This document shows positions 48,905 through 58,358 of a stretch of DNA of 64,000 bases, in pieces. The position numbers and the translations under genes are program-made. How positions within the stretch are numbered: the first letter of the stretch is position 1; each line of letters opens with the position of its first letter. The stretch comes from Alphaproteobacteria bacterium (GTDB lineage: Bacteria > Pseudomonadota > Alphaproteobacteria > UBA828). The notes beneath the pieces are model-generated. The model saw only the letters and a program-made list of their open reading frames with translations. It was not told where the DNA came from and ran no database searches. The DNA lies in contig OZ243972.1 in NCBI GenBank assembly GCA_965214705.1, positions 1,760,001-1,824,000 on the forward strand, written 5' to 3'.

Positions 48905-49615
48905 CTAAGCGACGCCGAGATAGGTGTGCTGCACCTTGTCGTTGTCGCGCAGGTCGGACGCCGGGCCCTCGAGCACGATCCGCCCCGTCTCCATCACGTA
49001 TCCCTTCTGGGCCAGCGCGAGGGCGAGGCGGGCGTTCTGCTCGACCAGCACGATGGTCCGCTTCTCGGTGTGCAGCGCGCGAATGATGCGCGCGATTTCG
49101 CGGCACATGATGGGCGAGAGTCCGAGTGACGGTTCGTCCATCAGAATCACGTTCGGCTTCGACATCAGCGCGCGTCCCATGGCGAGCATTTGCTGCTCGC
49201 CGCCGCTGAGCGTACCGGCGAGCTGACTGGCGCGCTCCTGCAATCGTGGAAACCGCCTGAAGACATCCTCGAAGTCGGCCCGCAACGCGTCTCCGTCCTT
49301 GCGCAGGTAAGCGCCCATCTCCAAATTCTCGCGCACCGTCATCATGGGGAAGACGCGCCGTCCTTCGGGCACGTGGGCGATGCCAAGCCCGGCGATCTTC
49401 TCCGGCGAGGCGCCGTCGATGCGCTTGCCCTCAAGGCGGATTTCGCCGCCGCTCAGCCGTTCCAGGCCCGAGATCGCCCGCAATGTGGTGGACTTGCCCG
49501 CGCCGTTGGCACCGATCAGGGTGACGATCTCACCCTCCTCGACGCCGATGGTAATTCCCTTTACGGCCTCGATCTTGCGATAGCGGACCGATACGTCCTC
49601 GATCTCAAGCAGCAA
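48905..49615 (-). CDS. livF: LIV-type ABC ATPase
   Basis: GANGAGKS, VPEGRRVF, LSGGEQQM. Confidence 0.92.
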   Translation of the reverse strand: MLLEIEDVSVRYRKIEAVKGITIGVEEGEIVTLIGANGAGKSTTLRAISGLERLSGGEIRLEGKRIDGASPEKIAGLGIAHVPEGRRVFPMMTVRENLEMGAYLRKDGDALRADFEDVFRRFPRLQERASQLAGTLSGGEQQMLAMGRALMSKPNVILMDEPSLGLSPIMCREIARIIRALHTEKRTIVLVEQNARLALALAQKGYVMETGRIVLEGPASDLRDNDKVQHTYLGVA

Positions 49616-50390
49616 AGTCGTCGTCTCCCAAGATGTCCTCGGAGCCGAGATAGGCCTCGATCACCTCCGGGTTCGAAACGATCTCCGCCGGCACACCCTC
49701 CGCAAGCTTCTTTCCGAAGTTCAGGACCGTGATGTACTCGCAGAGCCCCATCACGGTCTTCATGTCGTGCTCGACCAGAATGATCGTGATGTTCCACTCG
49801 TCCCGCAGCTTGCGAATGATGCCGGTCATTCGTTCCGTCTCGGCAGGGTTCATGCCGGCGACCGGCTCGTCCAGCATGAGGATGTGCGGCTCGGTGGCGA
49901 GCGCCATTGCGACGCCGAGCGCTCTCTGATGGCCATGAGAGAGGTTGGGCGCGAGTTCGTCCCTGAATGCGCTCAAGCCGATGAATTCGAGGATTTCCAG
50001 TGCCCGCGCCTCATTGGCCTTCTCCATGCTGCGCGCCGTGCCGACGATCGCGCCGAACAGGCTCTCGCGCGCATGCAGGTGCCGCGCGATCGACACGTTC
50101 TGCAACACGGTGAAATCGCTGAACATGGCAGAGCGCTGAAAGGTGCGCACCCCGCCCTTGCCGGCAATGCGGCTCGGGCGCAAGCCGGTGAGCTTGTCGC
50201 CGTTGAGAAAGACGTCGCCCGAGGTCGGCTTGTACGTGCCCGAGATGACGTTGAAGAGCGTGGTCTTGCCCGCACCGTTGGGTCCGATGATCCCGCGGAT
50301 TTCGCCTTCCTCGACTGTCATGTCGAGATCGGCAATGGCGAGCAGGCCGCCGAAGCGCTTGCTCAGTTTCCTGACTTCGAGGAGCGACAC
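49605..50390 (-). CDS. livG: LIV-type ABC ATPase
   Basis: GPNGAGKTT, RTFQ, LDEPVAGMN, VEHDM; GTG start at 50390. Confidence 0.9.
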   Translation of the reverse strand: MSLLEVRKLSKRFGGLLAIADLDMTVEEGEIRGIIGPNGAGKTTLFNVISGTYKPTSGDVFLNGDKLTGLRPSRIAGKGGVRTFQRSAMFSDFTVLQNVSIARHLHARESLFGAIVGTARSMEKANEARALEILEFIGLSAFRDELAPNLSHGHQRALGVAMALATEPHILMLDEPVAGMNPAETERMTGIIRKLRDEWNITIILVEHDMKTVMGLCEYITVLNFGKKLAEGVPAEIVSNPEVIEAYLGSEDILGDDDFAA

Positions 50391-50401
50391 GAGACCGGCC
50401 C

Positions 50402-51448
50402 CTACGTTCGCGATGCGAAGGTCGTGAACCAGGTGCGCAGACGCTGGAATTGATGCCCCGGCGGCGTGCGCAGTGCACTGCCGACCTTGGGAAACAGGCT
50501 CTCCAGCCCGCCCGGCAGGAAGATGAGGAAGAAGATCAGGACGGCGCCGAACATCAGAGGGCGCCATTCCAGCAGCGGCCGGCTCCATTCGAAGGCGATG
50601 GTCACCACTACCAATCCCACGATCGGCCCCCAGAAGGTCGCCGTTCCGCCGACTACCACCCAGATGATCAGATAGATCATCGTTGTCAGGTCGAAGTTTC
50701 GCGGATCGATCGACCCCATTCTGTACGCCAGCAGAGCGCCGGCGATGCCGGCGAAGAACGCGCCCGTAATGAAGGCGAGGCTGCGGTACCGCGCAACGTC
50801 GATGCCGACACACTCGGCGAGAAGATCGTCGCTGTGGATCGACTTCCAGGCGTTGCCGATCCGCGATTTGTCGAGCCTCCACATGATGAAGACGGCGGCG
50901 AGCATGACGATGAAGCAGGTGAAGTAGAACGGCACCGGCGGCGACAGCCTGAGCCCCACGATCTCCGGCGACGGAATGTTGATGATGCCGCGCGTGCCGC
51001 CGAAGGGGAACTGCACCTTCACCCAGATGAGCCGCACCAGCTCACCCATGGCGAAAGAGGCGATGAAGAAGCCAAAGCCTGCCGTTCGCAGCAGCGGGAT
51101 GATGAAGGCCGCGCCCACGATCGCGGCGGTGATCCCGGCCATCGGCACGACGACCCCGAAGGGCAGGCCGGCATGCTTGGCGATCAGCGCCGCGCCATAG
51201 GAGCCCGCGCCCATCAGCACGACATGGGCGAAGCTCCAGTCCCCGGTCGTGGTGATGAGCCGATAGCTCGTCACCATGATGACGTTGATGAAGAAAACGA
51301 TCGCGAGCTCGCGGTGGTAGGGCTTCAGCTCGAAGCCGAGGACGCACAGGACGGCAAGCACCGCGGCGAGGAGCAGCAGCGGCGCGAACCGCCGCAGTGC
51401 GGTCGCGGATGCCAGTCCGGTGTTCGCCGCCTCGTCAGGCGCGCTCAC
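50402..51448 (-). CDS. livM: LIV-type ABC permease
   Basis: TGDWSFAH, SRIGNAW, LAECVGID, FLPGGL. Confidence 0.9.
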   Translation of the reverse strand: MSAPDEAANTGLASATALRRFAPLLLLAAVLAVLCVLGFELKPYHRELAIVFFINVIMVTSYRLITTTGDWSFAHVVLMGAGSYGAALIAKHAGLPFGVVVPMAGITAAIVGAAFIIPLLRTAGFGFFIASFAMGELVRLIWVKVQFPFGGTRGIINIPSPEIVGLRLSPPVPFYFTCFIVMLAAVFIMWRLDKSRIGNAWKSIHSDDLLAECVGIDVARYRSLAFITGAFFAGIAGALLAYRMGSIDPRNFDLTTMIYLIIWVVVGGTATFWGPIVGLVVVTIAFEWSRPLLEWRPLMFGAVLIFFLIFLPGGLESLFPKVGSALRTPPGHQFQRLRTWFTTFASRT

Positions 51449-52304
51449 GGCCGAGGAGCCCCTGTGGCCGGACGATCAGGGTGAGCGCCATGAAGCCGAC
51501 GCCAACCATCGTTGCGATCAGATTGTCGGTCACCGTCGTGACGAAGGTGTGGATGAAGCCGAGGATGACGGCCGCCAGGATCGCGCCTTCGATGCTGGCC
51601 ATGCCGCCCACAATCACGACCACGAAGGCGATCAGGATGACTCCATGGCCCATGTAGGGCGTGACGGAATGGACGGGCGCCATCAGCGCGCCGGCGAGCC
51701 CCGCCGAGGCGCCGGCGAGCGCCATCGCCAGCGCCGTCATGCGGTTGGTGCGGATGCCCTGCAGTGCGGCGATTTCGGGATCCTGCGCACAGGCGCGCAA
51801 CGCCTTGCCCAGCTTGACGCGGTAGAGGAAGAAGCGCAGCGCGAGCAGCATCGCGAACGCGCAGGGGATGACGATCAGGCGCTGCCAGCCGATCGTGGCG
51901 TCGCCCACGTCGGCGGCGCCCATGTAGGGCGTGGGAATGCTCTTGGCGATGCCGACACCCCAAATCTGCCCCGCGAGTACTTGCAGGATAAACGCGAGCC
52001 CTGCGGTGGCCATGAATCCGGCCAGGATGTTCTTTCGCGTCGGTCGGAAGATCAGGCGCTCCGCCACCAACCCGAACAGTGCCACGATCGGGATCGCAAG
52101 GATGACTGCGAGCGGGAACGGTAGACCGACGAGCGCGTAGAGAACGTAGACGCAGTAGGCGCCGACCATGAAGAACTCGCCATGTGCGAAGTTCGCCATC
52201 TTCATGACGCCGAACGCGAGCGCCAGCCCCACCGCCACCAGCGCATAGATCGACGACGCCACAACCGAGTTCAGCAGCGTCTGAATCAGGGTAACGGTGT
52301 CCAT
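51435..52304 (-). CDS. livH: LIV-type ABC permease
   Basis: FGVMKMANFAHGE, GKALRA..QD..IA.LQGI. Confidence 0.9.
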   Translation of the reverse strand: MDTVTLIQTLLNSVVASSIYALVAVGLALAFGVMKMANFAHGEFFMVGAYCVYVLYALVGLPFPLAVILAIPIVALFGLVAERLIFRPTRKNILAGFMATAGLAFILQVLAGQIWGVGIAKSIPTPYMGAADVGDATIGWQRLIVIPCAFAMLLALRFFLYRVKLGKALRACAQDPEIAALQGIRTNRMTALAMALAGASAGLAGALMAPVHSVTPYMGHGVILIAFVVVIVGGMASIEGAILAAVILGFIHTFVTTVTDNLIATMVGVGFMALTLIVRPQGLLGRERA

Positions 52305-52320
52305 ACGACCGGACTCTGAG

Positions 52321-52419
52321 CAGCGGTCTCCAGACTATCCGGAGACCGCTGGACCGTACACTATCGTGTCCGATACGGAAAAGCGGGGCGGGCGTTCATG
52401 TCGTTGATTCGCCCGCCCC
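52321..52419 (-). terminator. Two hairpins between the SBP gene and livH
   Basis: CAGCGGTCTCC/GGAGACCGCTG (52321..52351) and GGGGCGGGCG/CGCCCGCCCC (52385..52419). Confidence 0.55.
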
Positions 52420-52429
52420 TTTCACATGC

Positions 52430-53915
52430 TTACTGGCGCTGATCCCACATCTGACCGCGATCCCGCACGTGGGCGATGATCGACTCCTTGTGGGCGTCGA
52501 ACCAGGGCTCGAAACGCATCATGGAGACGATGCGCTTGCAGTTGCAGTCAGCGTCGAAGACGTTGGTCGGGATCGGATGCGACATCATGTTCTTGATGCC
52601 CCACATGTCCTCACCCGAGATCAACGCCGGCCCCTCGATCGTCATGATGGCCTTCTCGGCGCGGATGGCCTCCAGCACCGCGTCGGGATCGAAGCTGCCA
52701 GCCTTCTCCAAACCGTGCAGGTAGACCTGAACGATCGGCATGTAGAGCCAATCGATGCCGGTCATCGGCGCGTTCACGTCTTCCGGCGCACCGTCGCCGA
52801 AGCGGGCCTGCCAATCGTCAACGAACTGGCTCTGCATCGAGGGGTTGCCCCACCAGGGGTCGTCCATGGTGGGATAGCTGTCGTAGCCGCCAACCTTCGC
52901 GGCCCACTCCGGCGGCACCTTCTGCAGCACCGATTCCCATTCGATGTAGTTCGCGTTGATGGGTCCTTCGAAGCCCTGCAGATAAAGCTGCTCCATCACC
53001 AGCGGAATGAAATCGGGCCAAGTGATGTTGAGCGCCACGGCATCCGGCTTGGCCGCGAGCAGCGCGGTGACAACCGGCGCGAAGTCGGTGGTCTCGGGCG
53101 AGAAGTGCTCGTCGTAGACGATCTCCCAACCCGCCGCCTTCGCCGCGCCGACTTCCCAGGCTTGGCCGACGAACGTCACCGCGTCTTCCTGCGCGATGAC
53201 CCCGTAGGTCTTGAGCTCTGGATAGACGTTCTTGATGTAGAGCGGGCGCATCATCTCGCCGCGTGGGAACGAGTCCTCGCCGGCGATCACGTAGGGGCGG
53301 TTGGGGTTGATGTCGGTGGACGCAAGCGGCGCATAGAACACGCCGTTGTCCATCAGGAAGGGGATCTGGGAGTCCCCGGTCGTGCCGCCGACACCCAGCA
53401 CCATCTTGACCTCGTTCTCGAAGACGAGCTGCTTCGCGCCCTGTAGTGCCTTGCTCGGTACATACTCGTTATCGAACTGGTGGATCTCGATCATATGGCG
53501 CGTGTCACCGACCAGGAGCCCGCCTTCCGAGTTGATCCAGTCGGCCAGAATCTTCAGGCCGGTGAGCCCGGGAAGACCCCAGCCTGCCACCGGACCAGAC
53601 AACGGCGCATTGAAGCCGATGCCGATGGGATCGCCGACAAGGCTTATCCCCTTACATCCGGCTTCTCCATATGTGGGGTGCCGGATCGCTGGGCACTTTA
53701 CGGGCAACCCATTGAGACACGGAAGGAACTGCGACCGTGTCGGATACCGCCGCCGAGGTGGCCGGTACAACATGTTGGGGAACCGGAGCCAGAGGGATAA
53801 GCCTTTCGCCGACATCATCTTCCGCCTTCGCGGCTGACAGTGTGCCGAGCGCGAGAGCGCCGGCGCATGTGAGGATTCCGACGCCGCGGAGCACTGTTTT
53901 TCCTAGAGACTTCAT
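52430..53915 (-). pseudogene. LIV-type substrate-binding protein frameshifted by a MITE
   Basis: Signal peptide MKSLGK...AKAEDDVG joins DPIGIGFNAPLSG in frame once 175 bp are removed. Confidence 0.85.
53639..53805. mobile_element. 167-bp MITE, IS1595-like ends
   Basis: Perfect 12-bp IR AAGGCTTATCCC/GGGATAAGCCTT; 8-bp duplication TCGCCGAC at 53631..53638 and 53806..53813. Confidence 0.85.
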
Positions 53916-55000
53916 GTTGTCTCCCTTTCCCTCGTTGGGTCTTCGCATCAACCAGAGATCCACACCCAACGCGGAGCATAGCCGCGCCAAAACGGGCGTT
54001 CAAGCCGACCACGCCCGCCGCCAAGTGCCGATACGCCCCGTGAAGGAAGATGTCTACGGCCGGACGTTCTCGGGAAAGCAACCGCCGCGCGCCGTTGCAT
54101 AAAGCTGCACGCTCCGACAACCCGACGTTCGAGAATGCCTCGGCCTTGCTGTTGACAACCCGAATACGAGTGCCTCGAGTCAGGCGTTTGAACCGATCGC
54201 ACTACCATCCAAGATTAGGTTCCATACTGCACCTCAATACTCCGTTGGTCGGCAAGATCGGAGAACGTCCCTGTTCCGGGCTTCGTCCTGGTTGGTATGG
54301 TTGGCGGTGGATCGGGGATTTGGAACAGGTGTTCGGGTCTGTCGTTGTAGGCGTGTGCGCGCAGCAGTCCGGCCCTGTGCCATCTGCGTACCGTGTCGTC
54401 GGACACTCCGAGCCGGTCGGCGGCTTCCAAGGCTGTCAACAGTCCGCGCTCGCGCAGCCGGTCACGGCGGGTCTTGAGAGCGTAGTCGACCCGGACCACC
54501 TTCACCGATATCGGGTCGAAGGCGTGGCCGTGTCCGGTTCGGTACTCGCGCTGGTTGAGGATCGCTGCGATCTCGCCCTCGGTGTGATCGTTCATCAACC
54601 TGTCGACCTCGGCGACGACCTCGTCGCTGGTCTTGATGAGCTGGGAAGGGTGAGGGTCCGGCGTCCAGGCGATCCGTCGGGTCGCGCCGCCGCGCAGCCG
54701 CACTCCCAGGCTCCGCGTGGCCTTGGTCAGGGTCACGTCCTCGATCAGCAGCCGCGCCATCCTCTTGCGCTCGCGGTGCAGCGTCCCCGGATCGTTCCAC
54801 AGGCGCAGGAAATCGCTGGCCAGGGCGAGGATTCGCTCGCGTTGCGCGTCGTCCAACCCCTGGCCTGGTTCGGCGCGGCTGCGCTCGAGCTCGCGCTGGG
54901 CCTCGTCGAGTGCGCGAAGCTTCACGTTCCACTCCGCCTCCAGCACGTCGGCCACCATCCGGTTGTCGGGATGGGTCTGCATGAACCGCGGGCGCTCTAG

Positions 55001-55149
55001 GGAACCTCTGATTTATCAGGGGTTCCCGTGGCACAGGGATGTGCCACCATTTTCTGTGGCTGTAAGTCACTGAAAATGTGAGTAAAGCGGAAAGCGCGCT
55101 TCCGCCTTGCGCGTCTGAGAAATGCAGGAGGCACTTATTCAGACCTTCC
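55001..55149. mobile_element. 149-bp MITE, IS5-like ends
   Basis: CTAG duplication (54997..55000, 55150..55153); imperfect IRs GGAACCTCTGATTTA / GGAAGGTCTGAATAA; removal restores the recombinase frame. Confidence 0.8.
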
Positions 55150-56327
55150 CTAGGTCGGCTTCCTCGCGGGCGCGCTGCACCCGCTGGGCGCGCCACAGAT
55201 CCGCCTCTTCGGCGCGCGCGGCGAGTTCGTCCTGCACCTGCAACGCGATATCCAGCGTGAGCGGTGTCATCAGCTCGACCAGCAGCGCGCCAACCGCCCG
55301 GTCAATGGCGCCGCCGGATATGGTCTGGCAATTCTCCGCGCTCGCCGTCTCGACCCTTTCGCGATTGCACAGGTATTGGGGGCTTTGTTGCCCTTTTGCG
55401 GCTCGGTAGCGCACCGTCATGTTCCTGCCGCGCACGCCGCAGATCGCCAGGCCCTGCAGCAGCGCAGACCCTTCGCGCGGGGCGCCGCGTCGCTGCACCG
55501 TGGCGTGCGCCTGGGCATTGTCCCGGAGCTGGCGCTGATTCTGCTCGAAGCGCTCCCAGGTGATGTAGCCCGGGTGGGCATCGCGCAGCAGCACCGTCCA
55601 TTCCTCTCGCGGAACTCTTCTGGTCTCGACACCACCGCCGGGACGCCGCCGGCTGCGGCTGCGCCCGTACGCGAAAGCGCCGGCGTATCGCGGGTTGTGC
55701 AGAAGCCCGCACACGCGCGAGAACCTGAGGGGCTTCCAATGCAGCTCACCGCTGTGGGGCCCGCCCTGAAGACGGTACGGAAACAGCAGCTTCTCGTTGT
55801 TGAAATGCCTGACCGTGGCGCTGGCCGAGCCGGTCCGCGCGAAGGTGTCGAATATCAAGCGCAGACTGTGCTGCACTTGCTCGTCGGGGTCGAGCACCAC
55901 GTTGCCCAGCGGGTTGTAGACCAGCCCCACCGGCAGCGACACCTTCAACTCCCCGCGCCTGGCCTTGGCCAGCACTCCGCCACGTAGCCGGAGGCGCATC
56001 ATGTGCAGCTCCGCTTCCGACATGGTCCCTTTGAGCCCGAGCAGGAGCCGATCATTGAAGTCGCCGGGGTCGTAGACGCCGTCCTCGTCGAGGATCAGCG
56101 TCTCGCTCAGCGCGCAGATCTCGAGCAGGCGGTGCCACTCGGTAGAGTTGCGCGCGAGGCGGCTGACCTCGAGCCCGAGCACGATCCCGGCCCGGCCCAT
56201 GCCGACCTCGGCGACCAGGCGCTGGAATCCCTCGCGGTCCCTGTCGGCGCCGGAGAGACCGAGATCGCTGTCGATCACGACGATGCTCTCGCTCGGCCAG
56301 CCCAGCGCCACCGCCCGCTCCCGCAGC

Positions 56328-56353
56328 GCGTACTGGCGGCGCGTACTGGCGGC
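56328..56353. repeat. 13-bp tandem duplication frameshifting the recombinase
   Basis: GCGTACTGGCGGC x2. Confidence 0.85.
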
Positions 56354-56458
56354 GCGTGCTCTCGCCATGCTCGAACACCTGACGCGGGGTGGACTGACGC
56401 ACGTACAGGTAGGCATCGCGGCTCAGGTGGTTCGCGGCCACCTTCTGGTGAGCGGGGT

Positions 56459-56766
56459 TCATGCGGCTTCCCTCCCCATACGGCCCCTGAGCATCGCGAG
56501 CAGAATGTCGATCACCGGCCTTTCGACGTCGGCGGGCAGCGGCTCCGGGGAAGCGCCGCCGCAAACGGCGGCCGGCGGGGCGGGCAGTTCGGCGAAGGCA
56601 TGCAGCAGGCCGCGACGCCGCGCAGCGCCACCACGGCGAGCCCGTGGCGACCGTGGCCGGCGCCGGGTTCGACGGCATGACGGCGCATCCGCTCGTAACC
56701 GTGCCCGTAGGCGGAATGCTCCGCCGCGGGGAGCGCGGCGCATGGCGGCGGGCTGTGCATCGTCAT
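56459..56766 (-). pseudogene. Small accessory ORF of the recombinase element, apparently with a 1-nt deletion
   Basis: YERMRRHA...GLAVVALRGVAA continues in another frame as LHAFAEL...; overlaps both neighbouring genes. Confidence 0.45.
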
Positions 56767-57221
56767 CGTTTTTTTCCCCGCGCGAGGGCGCGATCGATGC
56801 TGCTGCGATGGATCGAGACGCCGAAGCGTTCGCGCACGAACTCGACCAGCGCGGCGGCGGTCAACTCCGGCTGTTCGCTCTTCGCCGCCTGCAACGCCTC
56901 GACCACCTCGTCGCTGAGCTTGTGCGGCCGGCGCGGACCCGGCCGATCCGGTAGCAGCCCCGGCAGCCCGCCGGCGTTGTAGGCGCGCTGCGCCTGATAC
57001 CAGGTGGGCCGCGAGACGCCGAAGCTGGCGGCGGCGTGGCTCACCGTCACGCCGTCCTCGCGCACCCGGCGCAGCATCTCGTACCTGACCTGGAGCAGGT
57101 CGCGCGGGTCGAAGAACTCGTTCGACAGGAACAGCTCGTCGCGCACCGACTCCGCGCGCGGGTTCAGGCAGCCGTGCTCCTTGAGGGAGCGGGACTTGGC
57201 GTCGGCGGGGCGTTTGGCCAT
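56763..57221 (-). CDS. Helix-turn-helix protein of the recombinase element
   Basis: FFDPRDLLQVRYEMLR, AAASFGVSRPTWYQ, GLLP.RPGP..PHKL. Confidence 0.75.
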   Translation of the reverse strand: MAKRPADAKSRSLKEHGCLNPRAESVRDELFLSNEFFDPRDLLQVRYEMLRRVREDGVTVSHAAASFGVSRPTWYQAQRAYNAGGLPGLLPDRPGPRRPHKLSDEVVEALQAAKSEQPELTAAALVEFVRERFGVSIHRSSIDRALARGKKR

Positions 57222-57402
57222 GGCGCGGGCTCCATCGGGAAAGAAATGTAAATATAAATATACATATTCTCAGCAACGCATCAAGCCCTTCCTTCGCCTC
57301 CATGGCTGAAAATAGGCTGAAATTCCACATATAAACGCCAATCATTGCCGCCCCATCGCCCCCATGATCCTGTGCCTCCGCAACTCATGCGCAAAAACGT
57401 TC

Positions 57403-57708
57403 TTATATACTCGGCAAAATCTCCTCGGCAGTCTCCGCCCCGCCGTCGCTCTCCCGCATAGTGCGGGCGTCCCTGTCCAGGCTGTCCAGCAATGCCGCCA
57501 GCGCAAGCAGGTCCGAGACGCGGAACGCCGACCGGCCCGCCGCTACCCTCACAAACGGATCCGCCGCCGCGGCGCTCGTAAACGCCTGACGAATCGTCCG
57601 CAGCGTTCCGTCGTCAGCCGTGTAATGAACCAGCCCCACCCCCAGCACCGACGTGGTCTCGATCAGTTCGAACTCACGTCCGTGAAGCGGATGAAACGGG
57701 TGCGTCAC
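57403..57708 (-). CDS. Small DUF5372-like protein
   Basis: THPFHPL.G..F and DPF...AAGRS.FRV.DL..L pattern, recalled from proteins next to such recombinases. Confidence 0.5.
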   Translation of the reverse strand: MTHPFHPLHGREFELIETTSVLGVGLVHYTADDGTLRTIRQAFTSAAAADPFVRVAAGRSAFRVSDLLALAALLDSLDRDARTMRESDGGAETAEEILPSI

Positions 57709-57945
57709 CCGGACGAGCTGCCGCTCGACGCATCCGAGGGGTGCACTTGAGTGCCCAGTCCCAGTGCCCGCGCGATGGCCGCGCCGATGCGATCTGCCGC
57801 CGCCTCGGTCTCCCGGTCACCGACGTGGGCGTAGCGCAGTGTCACACTCGGCCGCTTGTGGCCAAGCAGGCGCGAGACGACCGGGAGCGGGATGCCCTGC
57901 AGCACGGCGTGGCTCGCGAATGAGTGGCATAAATCGTGTATCGAT
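57705..57945 (-). pseudogene. Tyrosine integrase C-terminal fragment
   Basis: IHDLCHSFASHA...VSRLLGH...TLRYAH; catalytic Arg replaced, rest of gene absent. Confidence 0.75.
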
Positions 57946-58358
57946 GTGCCGTTTTGCGGCTGCTGGCGCCTGAGGTGCGCTGATGTATGATTAATGCCGC
58001 TAAGACAGTGTGTTATCAAGCCTCATCCTGCCTTCGAGAAGCTTGCATTGGCGACTGAGATGCGCTAACAGTCGACCACTGTTGGGACCGGTTGGTTCCT
58101 GTTTGCTTACGGAATTCGGGCCGGCCAAGAACGCGAGTGCCGAGCGATGGAAAGCGTTCGGTCACGCGGTGATGAGAGTGGTGGATTCAACGATTGAGCG
58201 TTCGCTTCCAGTCCTTGCGGAGGGGTCGCAACCAGATGTCCTTTTGGGGCTGGGCCCGTTTCGTGTGCCTGTCATAGCGTCCTCTTCCCTGGGCGCAGAT
58301 TTCATTATCGATCCCCTCAACAAGACACTGGTAACGCCGCCGGCGATTCGATATCGTC

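Larger units (their letters stand above)
54215..56462 (-). pseudogene. Large serine recombinase, inactivated by a 13-bp duplication and a MITE
   Basis: AYLYVRQST, DSDLGLSG, EVSRLARN, LGLKGTMSEAE, NPRYAG, LLQGL..C. Confidence 0.88.
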
